Program-made: the position numbers and the translations under genes
Shown here: positions 1 to 11,219 of the stretch, piece after piece
Position numbering within the stretch: position 1 is the first letter of the stretch
Layout of the letters: every line of letters begins with the position of its first letter
Source of the DNA: Geosiphon pyriformis uo1
Lineage: Eukaryota; Fungi; Glomeromycota
DNA: 64,000 nucleotides
Assembly: GCA_016748015.1 (NCBI GenBank)
Contig: JAAOMT010000040.1
Location: forward strand, 310,001-374,000
Direction of reading: 5' to 3'
The notes under the pieces: model-generated
The model's database searches: none
Told to the model about the DNA's origin: nothing
What the model saw: the letters and a program-made list of their open reading frames with translations, nothing else

Positions 1-448
1 CTGTTGTCAGCAAGTCCAGCTTGACAAAGACATTTATTGGTTTTTGGTGTCTTCTTCTTTGATATTAATGATTTGCGAAGATCTTTTCTGAACTGTAGAT
101 GAGTTATTAGTTGGCCAAATGTAATGTGTGCTGGGGTTTTCATAAGATTTTTAACAACAGAATAGGGGCCAGATTTTTGTACTATTTTTGGAGGTTCCAA
201 CTTTGAAAGATTTTTAAAAACTTTAGTCTTTGGTGGCTCATTGTTGTCAACAGTGGAAGTTAAGACTTTGTTGGAATTTAGAATGAAATCAACCTTGGCT
301 TTCTTCTTCTTTCTTGTCAAGTCAGAGTTATTAATTGTCAGTTTATTTATATTATGGTCATTATTAGTTAGGTTAAAAGCGTAAAAAGAGTTTTTTTCTG
401 GTTGGCTTGTACTCTTACCCTTTGGAGGTGCGCCTACTAGTTTAAAGG

Positions 449-1814
449 CTAATAAACAATAGCTTCAACTAAGAGATTTTTTTCAAAAAAATTGATGTTG
501 GCATGATTGGTTCTTTGATTGGGAACATTATTATTGTTGGGTCTGTTATTCTGGGTGTTATTATTTCTAAGAGCTGGAGAGAGCAATAGAGGATTGTTGC
601 AGTTTTTGGAAAAGTGTTCAGTTAGTTCACAGCAATAGCACACAGGTGGGCCATAATTTTGTTGTCTTTGATATGATGGTTGTTGGGGCTGATTGAAGCA
701 GGATTCAAATCTGGATCTTTGGAGTTGCTGGTTGTCTCTGATTGCTTGGGCTAATAGTTCTAATAGCCAAGCAAAGTTAGCAGTAAGTTTGTCTATTAAT
801 TGTTCATTGGGGTCTTGAATATGAGTGGCAAAAGAAGTAGCAGTCATTTGTGAAGCTGAAACCATGGCAAAAGCAGAAGCAAAAACTGGAAGAGTAGATC
901 CCAGATGTATTCTTTGGTTATCTTCTATTTTCTGGACAAGTTCAATAGTCATATCCATTGTGGGATTATTTTTTAAGGCCAGAAAGAGCCAAAGAGCATA
1001 TGATAGATTAGTTCTCAGTCTTTTTGTGAAGGAATGTATTTTCTGCTTTTCTGTCCAATTTTTTCTAAAGTCTACTCATTTAATGAGTTTTTTTATTGCT
1101 TTGGCATATTTTATCACAATTTTATCAGAGTCTTGAGTTCTTTTTTCCAATTCTATGCACCATTTGAATATTAAGATAGGAGTTCTAAATTTTGTTTCAA
1201 ACTGAATAGTAAAAGAGGTGTTATTTTCTCCAGCATTTGTTGATATTCATCTAATGATTTTTTGCTGGACATTAGTATTGGTTTTTTGTAAGAATTAAGT
1301 AGCAGAAAAGCCTTGAAGGTAGCCACCAATGATTTGAAACTTGTATTCATTATCATATTGGTTTGCTGTGACAGCTCTCTCAAAATCATCCAGCTATTCA
1401 ATTGGATCTTGGATATCACCTCTGAATAATAATAATGGGGTGTTGTTTTTTCGCCCTAAAGCAGTCAGCAATCCAAATGTGAATTTGATAATTTAGATAT
1501 TCGAAATCAGAGGGCTGTTGTTTAAAGATTGTAGAATATAAGAGCTGATTGATACTGTTGTTCTTTTCTTTAAAGTTGTCTTCAAAATAAGCTTGGTCAA
1601 AGTAATAGGTTGTATAAGCTGTGTAAGTTTTAGCTGAATGCTTGTTCAGAAACCAGTTTCAAAAGTCTTGGAATTGTTTACTGGATTGTTCTTTAATGGG
1701 GAAGCAAATCAAGCAAAAGGGCAAAGGATTGAGTTTAATAAAGTTTAGATCTTTTTTGTTGTGTGCTTCAAAGTGTTCTTCTGATTATTGTGGTAAGTAT
1801 AAATAATCACTCAT
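449..1814 (-). pseudogene. gag: gag of element A (capsid-like region and CCHC knuckle), disrupted
   Basis: ORF 449-958 has CYCCELTEHFSKNC (degenerate CX2CX4HX4C) and matches C ORF 25658-26116. It has stops and an internal deletion near 1463. Confidence 0.85.
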
Positions 1815-1843
1815 ATAATAGGAAACAAAGTAGATTTTGACAA

Positions 1844-1860
1844 TTTCATAGAGAGCACCA
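1844..1860 (-). promoter_or_regulatory. Primer-binding site of A
   Basis: Minus strand reads TGGTGCTCTCTATGAAA, 6 nt after the LTR end; TGG complements the tRNA CCA end. Confidence 0.8.
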
Positions 1861-1866
1861 CTTTTA

Positions 1867-2509
1867 TGTTACAAGTTGAAGTAACAAGCTAATGGATAGC
1901 AAAGGAGAACAAGATTGTAGGATAATGAAAGGAATCAAAGAGATTTCAACTTCAAAGAGCAAATTGAATAAGTATGGATTCAATGTGCAAGATCAGTTTC
2001 ATAAAATATCTCAGTCACTATACTTTTCAAAGATAACTGAAGAATTTAAAGATAGAGAGATAGTCCGTACTGTCAACAAATGATCATACTTGGTATAATT
2101 TTATGCCTCACATTAGCACTCTTAGAATTTAATATCAAGTATCAGATGTGCTTTTCAGTCACTTTTTATTTAATAATCTTCAAATGCTACATGTATATGT
2201 TTCAGGAAAAGAGTAAGGAATAACCAACAAGTAATCTTTTATCCCAAGATGTTCCGATACTTAAAGATAGGGAAAGAGAATTTTAGTGATAAGAAAATGA
2301 TTGAGATAAAAGTTGTTATTTTATTTATTTAATTTCCTTGATTTTTACATACTTTTCTACAGCTAAGAGATTTATTACTTATATAGCTATCAAAAGTAGT
2401 CAATGATCAGGTCAATAATCACTTTCTAAAAATAGAATGGCTAATTTATATAATATTAGTGGCTAATATATGTGATAATTAATAAGAAGTATAAGTTTCA
2501 ACCATAATA
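1867..2509 (-). repeat. 5' LTR of element A (A/C family)
   Basis: Aligns end to end with 20300-20917 and 27252-27905 and has short terminal inverted repeats. Confidence 0.92.
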
Positions 2510-2717
2510 CTAATATTGTCTAGAATATTTAAATGACCTTTAATTTTCATTTATTTAATAGAAAAATTTTTATTTTTGATCAGATTGGCAATATGTTTTC
2601 TTTCTATTTAATACTAATTATAGAAATCTGGTGCAGCAAACAAAATCTTAGAAATATATACATTAATAGCAAATTGGCTATCTAAATGTAAGATTACAGC
2701 ACAAAAAAATGAAATAC
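2510..2717 (-). pseudogene. LINE-1 ORF2 RNase H fragment lying between insertions A and E
   Basis: Minus strand translates to ..VILHLDSQFAIN..PDFYN*Y*IERKHI..MKIKGHLNILDN, matching LFLDSQAALDAC..PDF..KIKGHSGVLGN of ORF 48861-49664. It joins 31323 once E is removed. Confidence 0.85.
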
Positions 2718-3971
2718 TATTACTCAATAAAAATTAACAAAAATCAAAAGTAATAATATCATAATATATTAATCAATCATTAAATAATAGTATAAATAAC
2801 ACAAATTGATAAATAAAATTAGAAAATATAATGTATATACAATAATATACAAAATGTATACAAATGCATTCAATTTAACACAATTATAAACAAGTGAGCT
2901 AAAAAGTATTTACAGTTAAATAGAAGGTCTAATAACTTAGTAATTACTTATTAATCAATTAAAATAGACATAATTATATATAATAATTTTCTAACTAGAA
3001 AAAAAAATAATAAAAAACAAAAAGTCAATTAAATAAAATAAAAATAAAGAAAAAATAGAAGAATTGAATTATATTTTCAAGAAAATCTAAATAATATATT
3101 TTTCAAGCTTTATATTATTTAATAATACTGAGATTAATGGAATTGGAAATCTTTATTTTTTATAATCCAGTCTCTTACAAATGATCAAAAAGGCCATTAT
3201 TCTTTTTTTTACTATTGTATTTTTATTAAAAAAAAACAATAATAGAAATATTTAATACACTAATAAAAGCATGAACAAGACCCAAGCTTAACAAGATTGA
3301 AAATACATTAAAAAAATATTAAATACATGAAATTACTTAGAAAATACTTGTAATATCTTGGCCAAAATTAACAGTTGACTTAAAAATTTAGAACAAACTC
3401 TCTATATCTTTGGAAAAATAATCTCTAATTAAGCTTATTTTATGAATACTAATTTTGTTGAATTCTATTTTTTATTTTAATTTTCTTTGAATTTATTAGA
3501 AATAAAATATTGCTTTATTACAAGCAAAAAAATACAAATATTTGATATTAGCATAAAATAAATAAAATATCTTTATAAAAATCTCAAAGAAAAACATAAT
3601 TAAAAACATAAGAATATAACAAAAATTTTCCTTAGAGAACTAGTATAACAGTAGGTATTAACAGCAATTTTGATAGAAACATTATATTATATACCAAATC
3701 TAATAACAAAAACACTTACCAAAAAAAATTATCAAATATCTGTTAAGAAATTAAAAAAACTTATTAAGTTAATCTTTAGATTCTTAAATAAGAGAATAGT
3801 AATAATATATTAAACAAGAATTTAGCATAAATTAAAAGTGATGTTAATTGAGACTAATACACTTATTTTTATATCAAAATTAGATAATTTACTATATTAT
3901 TGCTTAATCTAAAAAGCTGTAAAAATTAATCATAATATGATTACTAAAGAAAGTAAAAAATCTTTATAATA
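2718..3971 (+). repeat. 5' LTR of E
   Basis: Direct repeat of 30036-31322; termini TATTA...TAATA are decayed TGTTA...TAACA. Confidence 0.9.
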
Positions 3972-4065
3972 TTTGGTATTTACTTTAAGATTCAATTTTG
4001 ATTTATTCAAGCCATTTAAATCTTAGCAATAATTAATTGCATAAATTAGTAAATTAAAATAATAG

Positions 4066-5162
4066 TGTTATTTATGAAAATTAGGAATTATAATAAGTAA
4101 ATAAAATAATTAATCAGAAATAAACATAGTAAAAAAAGAAATTTTAGAATTTTTTTAGGAAATTGCAGAATTGCAGAATTCCAAGATTTTTGTTAAAGAA
4201 ATTAAAAAATTTTAAGAAATCTTATATAATATAAATTATGTATATATAGTAAAAGTATTAAAAACAAAAAAAAACAGAATAGTAACTAGCAATAATTACT
4301 TATTCTATACTTATTTCTTTAAAAAATGGAAATTTTTGGTTGATTATCTTAATTACTGTTGTTTTTTCTGTTTTTATTAAAGATGAATAAAAAACTTTGC
4401 TAAGTATATTTCTTGATTTCTTGGTGTATTTGTACCAGATTTATTGGAAATAATTATGTGTTAAATAGTGTAATAGATTAGGTTAATTTTTAAAATAGAC
4501 TTTATTTTTGTTCTTAGAATTTTAAATCTTGTCCAAGTAAGTATTGAATTTGATAATGCACATAATAGTTAAAAATTAATTTAGTTAGAGAACAATTATT
4601 AAGTAATTTCAATTTTTCTTGAAATTGGAAATATAAATTTTGGCTAAAATAATTAGTAATTATTACTAATTCTATTGTTATAGATAATTATTTGGGGTGT
4701 TAAAACAAATAAAAAACCTGTAACTTAATACTTAATAGCTAAGAATATTGGTAATTTTTAAAAATTTTAAAGTCTAAAAATTTTGGTTGAGTCTTTTGTA
4801 TAATGAACAAAGATTCAATTAATGGTTTCTTCTGTGAATTTTTTTTTTTACTATGATAGCCAGTTTATTCTGGCAGTTGTGCTTTTCTGGTAAGCTATTT
4901 TTAAGTTTTTTATTCTTGTTTTCAGGTCTTTTACCAGGCTATTTTTGACATTAAATACTCAATGCTTAATTTCTTTAATTAATTAGTAAACAACAAAAAA
5001 ATAAAATAAAATAAAATAAAATAAAAAAATGAAATAAAAAATTAATATTCTGTTAATAACTATAATCAAGAATTATTGGTTCAGTGTGATTAAGTTTTGA
5101 ATTCTATCAACATAGAGTATTAATAGTATAAAATAGATTAATATTTTTTTAATCAAGTAATA
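4066..5162 (+). repeat. Probable solo or compound LTR of the B/F clade inserted in E
   Basis: Starts TGTTATTTATG, has short U3-like repeats and a TATATATAG..AGTATTAAAAA block like the B and F LTRs. Candidate end AAGTAATA with TSD ATAG/ATAA; the right boundary is uncertain. Confidence 0.45.
4676..5140 (-). repeat. Inverted 3' (R/U5-like) portion of a B-related LTR
   Basis: Reverse complement matches B LTR 10650-11157, e.g. ATAGCCTGGTAAAAGACC, ATAGCTTACCAGAAAAGCACAACTGCCAGAATAAAC and terminus CCCCAAATAATTATCTATAACA. Confidence 0.85.
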
Positions 5163-5169
5163 ATAACAT

Positions 5170-8100
5170 AAATTAGATAATAATTAGATATTTTATTAAT
5201 ATTAATATAATTCTATTTTAAGTTATAAAAAAGTATAAATATTCTATCAAGAAATTATGAATTAATAGCAAATTCTAATATTATTATATAAAAAATCTTG
5301 AGTTATATTACCAGAAGCTCTATCTTACTATCTGTTATTAAATAATCAAATTAATATACCATTAAAAGTCATGTTCTTATTTATTACAAAAACAATCTCC
5401 TAAACTCCTAACTATGTTTATACTTTAATCAAAAAAAACTCTTTAAAAAACTCATTCTAAAGGAATACTTGTTACAATTCTTAAACCCATCTTCTTTATA
5501 ACTAAACTTTTAGACCACTTAGAAATTTGAACTTAAATCTAAACCAGAATTCAAGTTTGAACATAACCAAAAAAACAAAATATCAAAAAAAAAAAAAAAA
5601 ATCTTCAAGCAAATTAAAACCAAAATTAATAGCTTTTTTTGTTTAAATACCTGTAAATACTCAAAAAATGGCCACTTCTTATATCATAAAATTGACCAAC
5701 TTTATTGAAAAAGAAAAAGATATTTATACTTAGATTAAAAAAACACAAAAAGCAATTCTAATAAATAATTGGAATAAAATACACAGCTTTTAGATCTTAT
5801 TATTTTTCTTGAAAAACACAGCTAATTTTTGATATTAGAATTTAAATCCCAAAACCAATACTTTTGCATAATTTTAAAATGTATTCTTAAAATATTTCTG
5901 TAATTCAAACACTATTATTAAATTTCAAAATAGATTCAATACTATTAAATAATAGTTTAGCAAAACAGTGATTAAATATTTCAGTAGGTTTAATCATGTC
6001 TTATAACAGATTAAAACTATAAAAGACAACTATTATATAGCCTCTTAGATTTTTAATTAGTTTATAAGAAGATTAAGAAATAGTATCCTAGAATAAGTAA
6101 AATCACAACACACAGAAGGTTTACTTCAAGCTATTATCTTGGTTTAAGATATTAAGTCAGCTAAAAAAGAAGCTAATCACAATAAAATAGTAAACTTAAT
6201 AATAAATAACAATAATATCAAAGAACTGAAAGACAAAATTACTTAACTTAAAAAAAAATCATCTTGAAAAATAAAAAGTTATCTTGCCAATACCAGATTT
6301 CAAATACCAAACTAATATTAACTACTGTAATAATAAAACCAAATATCTCTTTAAAATTATGGTCATTAAAACCTAAATAGAAACAGCACAGATATATCAA
6401 AACCAAATACTGATTACTATAGTCTTATTAAAATTTGCAAAAAAACAATTTGTGAAATCTATTTCTCAGCAATCAATACATAATATCTTAAAATCAATAC
6501 TCAATACCAATTCAACAGTATTTTCAGTAATAGCTATTATGGCAACAAAAATTGGCCCAGTCATAATGCTTAGTTCTATCACAACAACTATAACAAACAC
6601 TAATTTCTAAACCACATTTCCAGAACTTAAATTGAAGAAAAAATTATTTACTTCCAAATTTAAACTTCTTGGATTAGCCAGCAGTAAATACAATAATATT
6701 ATGAAACCTGAGTCTAAATAATAATAAATAATATAATACATTTATATATTATTAATAAGCATTTTTTAATTTACCCAAATTACAAGATTTTTATAATATA
6801 ATATTTTACAAAGATCAGAATATTAGTATTATTAAAAGCCCTATTATTAATATCAACAAAAGTACCAGTACTTTTATTATTACTACCAACAGAGCCAAAA
6901 AAATACCAATTGGAGAAATTAATTTCTTTCTCTTTAACATAAATAGAATAATTATTTCCACTAAAGTATTAATTATGAATACAACTCAATATCAAACACT
7001 AGTTAGAAATAATTGATTAAAAAAAGTAAATGCTATTTTGAATTGGTCAACTTAAGAGTTATAATTAACTTATTAGAAACAATACACATAAGTACTTATT
7101 ATGTGTAAATATTTTAAAAAAAATTTTTACACAAATAATTTATTCCAGTTTGAATTTGAAGAAATATTAGAAACAAAAACTATTAAAATATATCAGATTA
7201 AGTGAAACAAAAATAACTGTAAAAACTACAATTTGTTTTTGGATAAACTAACAAAATCTCCAACTTTATATTATTGCACTTTTTTTATCTTCAATATTAC
7301 TAAAGTTATTAATCAAGATTAAAATATTTAGTTTGTTAGAAGAAACTATCTTCTATAACAGTTTATATTACTTTATATGAGAATAACTAACAGACTACTT
7401 ATTATTATCATAACTAATATTACAAAAAAATGTATAAATATTCAAAATAATCAGGAAAATAAAACAAAACTCTTTGTATTATATGTAAAAAAATCTTATT
7501 CAATAAATACAACTAGATTAATATACAATTTAAAAAAGCCATATGTAATCTTATTTGTTAATACACTATTTTTATTACTAACTGAGTAAAAGAAGAAATC
7601 TTCTTTGACACTGCTTATAATAAAGCCTTAAATCACCTATATTATTATCTATATAATACTAAACAATTATATAATATGGCTAAAGCAAACATACAAGATA
7701 AAATGGCTGAAGAAATTCAAAAATTAGAAAACACTAACAGAAATTATTAAAAAAGTCATTAAGTACAACTTTTTAGATCTTTTACAAAAATTTCAAGATT
7801 ACTATCAGAAACTTTATCCAACACAAAAAAAGCAGAAAAAATACCTTATACAGATAAATATTTACTTATATAAAGACTGCTTAATTTTTTGTTAATTACA
7901 ATAGTGTTTTGATTGTCAGTTCCAATTTAAATTATCTGAAAAAACAGCTCAATCTAGAAATTATTCAGACTATAAAGCAAAACACAATCTTATAAACACT
8001 AGAAATGCATTCAAACAACTTACATATTTTCATCAATTTTTAATAAAAACTGAATATTAAATGCTTTATTAATAATAACCAAAAAATTCTTTCAGAGTAG

Positions 8101-10272
8101 ATGTATCCGATTAATATTAAATTTGACTTCTAATATTTCAGAAACTAAATACTAATGTTGAAACCATTTGTCATTATCACAATTGACTTAAAATTAGCAT
8201 TTAAAATACCAACTAGAATCATAATACAAATAGTCTTTTAATCTAGTTTAGCCAAAAAAAAATTAATATTAAAAAAGAAATTATAAATTTCAGATACATG
8301 AAAAATTTTATAGTTTTATTATACAATAAATCAGACTAACTATATATAATTAAACCAAAAGAAAGAATTGCATAAGCAATTTTCTTATTTTTACTTCAAA
8401 TCACCAAATTAATTACTATTAAGATCTAAAAAGAGCTAGAAAAGACCAAATGCAAAACTCAAAATCTTGATTTCATGAAAACAGTCATATTACTTATTAA
8501 CTACATAAAAACAATACAGAAAAACTTAAACATAATCTAAATTAATAAAATAATTACAATCTTATTATTTAAAATGTACTTATTTGACACATACAAAAAA
8601 GCAACAAAAAAAAATTTATTTGAACTGTATATTTTTTTTGTAAACAATTTTCAATCAGTTTTACCAATCTGTATATATTATGTCATAGCTATTTATAAAT
8701 AGAAATACTTATTTACAACTTATCTAAAAAAATTATACACTTATCTAAAAATACAGTTTTAAGATATTTAAACACAAATATTGTTAATTAACATAAATCT
8801 TAAGAAATCCTTGACTTCTTTCAGTTGGTGTTATATTGTAAAACTGAATTAATTCTATTAAGACCAAGTACTAAATACTATTAAATAATTAATGAAAATT
8901 TAATTAAGTTTAATCTTGGATCATTAAACTCTTTACAACAAAGACAATTAAAAGCATTTATTTTAAAATATTCAAACATTTTTGCCAAAAAAAATAAGTT
9001 TAGATGAATTAACTTGGTTTATTATTAGATTTATATAAGAAATATATTACCCATTAAGCAACATGTCTACCAAGTATTATTATTTGAACATAATTTTATA
9101 AAAAAAAAAGTTAATCAAATATTAAAAAATGGGCTTATACAATTCTTTATAAGCTTTTAATCTTTATTTGTTATTTTAGTATAGAAAAAGAATAAAAAAA
9201 TCCAATTTTGCATTAACTATAAAAAACTTAATAACATTATTAAGAAAAATGTTTACTTTTTACTATAAATTAATGAAATCTTGAATATTTTAAGAAAATC
9301 TAAATGGTTCTTGATCATAAATCTCATTAATGAATATTAACAAGTAGCCATTAATTTTAATGACTAAAAAAAAACTACTTTTACAACTTAAAATAACAAT
9401 TACAAATTTAATATAATATTATTTAGATTAACTAATACTCTCATAATATTTCAATGGCTAATAAATATTATTTACACTGGAATTCTATGGAAATCTATAA
9501 TGATTTACTTGGATAACACAAATGTATTCTTACCAATATTTGAGAAGCATTTTAAATATTTATAACAAGTCTTTAAAAAACTTCAGGCCACTGAATTAAA
9601 ACTTAATCTCAAAAAATATTTCTTTAGAAAATTACAACTTGTTTTCTTAGAACATATTATTAAAAAAAAAAGAATAAAATCTGACTTTGCAAAAATTGAA
9701 AAAATCTAAAATTTTTTTTGTTTTCAAAATTTAATTGAACTTTATAAATTTTTAAAACTTGCTTTATACTACTAAAAATTCATTAACAGTGGCTCAACTG
9801 TTAAATCAATTATTAGCTAAAAATACAACACAAAAATAAAACAAAAAACAAAAATAAGTATTCAACTATCTAAAACAAAGACTTACCAAAGCTTTTATCT
9901 TATTATATCTTAACTTTACCAAGAAATTTGTACTTACAATTAATGTTGCTAGAATTTGTTTAGATGCTGTGTTATCACAACAAAATAAAAAAAGAAAAAA
10001 ACACATAATTACATATGTTAACAGAAGTCTAAATATAGCCAAAAAAACTATGCAGCTTATAAAATAAAATGTCTTGTGATCATATAGATTGTAAAATATT
10101 TTAAACAATATTTGTTACATAACTTATTTGGTTAATAAACAAAAATTTATTAAAAAAACATTATATCAAATAGATTACTATTTTAAAATTTTATATATAT
10201 AATATTATTTATAAAAAAGAAACCAAGAATACAAATACAGACTGTTTATTCTAAATAAATATACATGACTAC
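5170..10272 (+). pseudogene. E gag-PR-Cys-rich-dUTPase-RT-RNase H remnant
   Basis: Collinear with B: capsid ~5670-6200, protease ~6780-7050, dUTPase ~8080-8480, RT with YLDNTNVF ~9505, RNase H to ~10250. The 5' boundary is approximate. Confidence 0.8.
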
Positions 10273-11157
10273 TATTACTCATAAAAAGAAAAACAGATAT
10301 AAAGAGAATAGTAGACCAATGAGTGAATAGTATGTAGCACATGAGCACATTGCTCAGCAATATAAAGCAATAATAAAAATCATGGCACATTGCTTAGCAA
10401 TGTGGAGCAATGTCAGAAAACACGGCACATTGCTCAGCAATGTGGAGCAATGTTAGAAAATTAGAGCATATCACTCAGCAATATAAGCATTACTCAAGAA
10501 ATCATAACACATTGCTTGGGAATGTGAGCAATCTTGTAGAACATTAATTATATATATATAGCAGTAGTATTAAAAATAGAAAGATAAGAATCTTTTAGTT
10601 AGAAATCTTCCATCTACAAATATTAAATAAATAAATCATTCACTATTCAAATCCACTCTCCACTATCAACACTTTATGTTGATAGTAATTAATATCTAAC
10701 CACATTAGAACAATAGCTCTTGATCACAGCTATTGACAAGGTACTAACGTGTACATTGCCTTGGCTCATTTCTTTATTTTCTTTTATTTCTTTCTTTCTT
10801 TGATTTTTACTGTTATATACTAACTGATTAAGGATTAAAGCACTGAGTGATTAACGTCACAGATAGCCTGGTAAAAGACCCAGAAATAAGAGTAAAATTA
10901 TATATATATTAATGGATAGCTTACCAAAAGGGCACAACTGCCAGAATAAACCAGCCACCAAGCTGAAAACAGAAATTGGGAACACAACTTACCAACTAAC
11001 TATATCATCATTAAATCTTTATCCATTATACAAAGAACTCAACTCTAAAACCTTCAGATACAACCAATGTATCAGTATTACCAGTATTGTTAAGATATTA
11101 AGCACTAAGTTACAAATTTGTTATTTGATTTGAGACCCCAAATAATCATCTGTAAAA
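10273..11157 (+). repeat. 5' LTR of B
   Basis: Direct repeat of 19376-20236, with U3 dyad repeats and a TATA-like run at ~10548-10560. Confidence 0.95.
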
Positions 11158-11159
11158 TT

Positions 11160-11176
11160 TGGTACTTTCTGTAAGA
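11160..11176 (+). promoter_or_regulatory. Primer-binding site of B (decayed)
   Basis: TGGTACTTTCTGTAAGA lies 2 nt after the LTR and is a transition-decayed version of the A/C/D PBS. Confidence 0.75.
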
Positions 11177-11219
11177 TATAATCTTACAGAGAACACCACC
11201 AACCATAATCATCTAAACA

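Larger units (their letters stand above)
1..2509 (-). mobile_element. Ty3/gypsy LTR retrotransposon A (5' part only: LTR, PBS, gag, start of pol; same family as C)
   Basis: Collinear with C (25190-27905). LTR runs TGTTAC...CCATAATA at 1867-2509 with a PBS beside it. Continues off the left edge of the window. Confidence 0.93.

Noticed and set aside
10912-11133. 73-aa ORF in the B LTR
   Set aside because: The ATG is ACG in the 3' LTR and absent from the inverted copy; conservation is better explained at nucleotide level.
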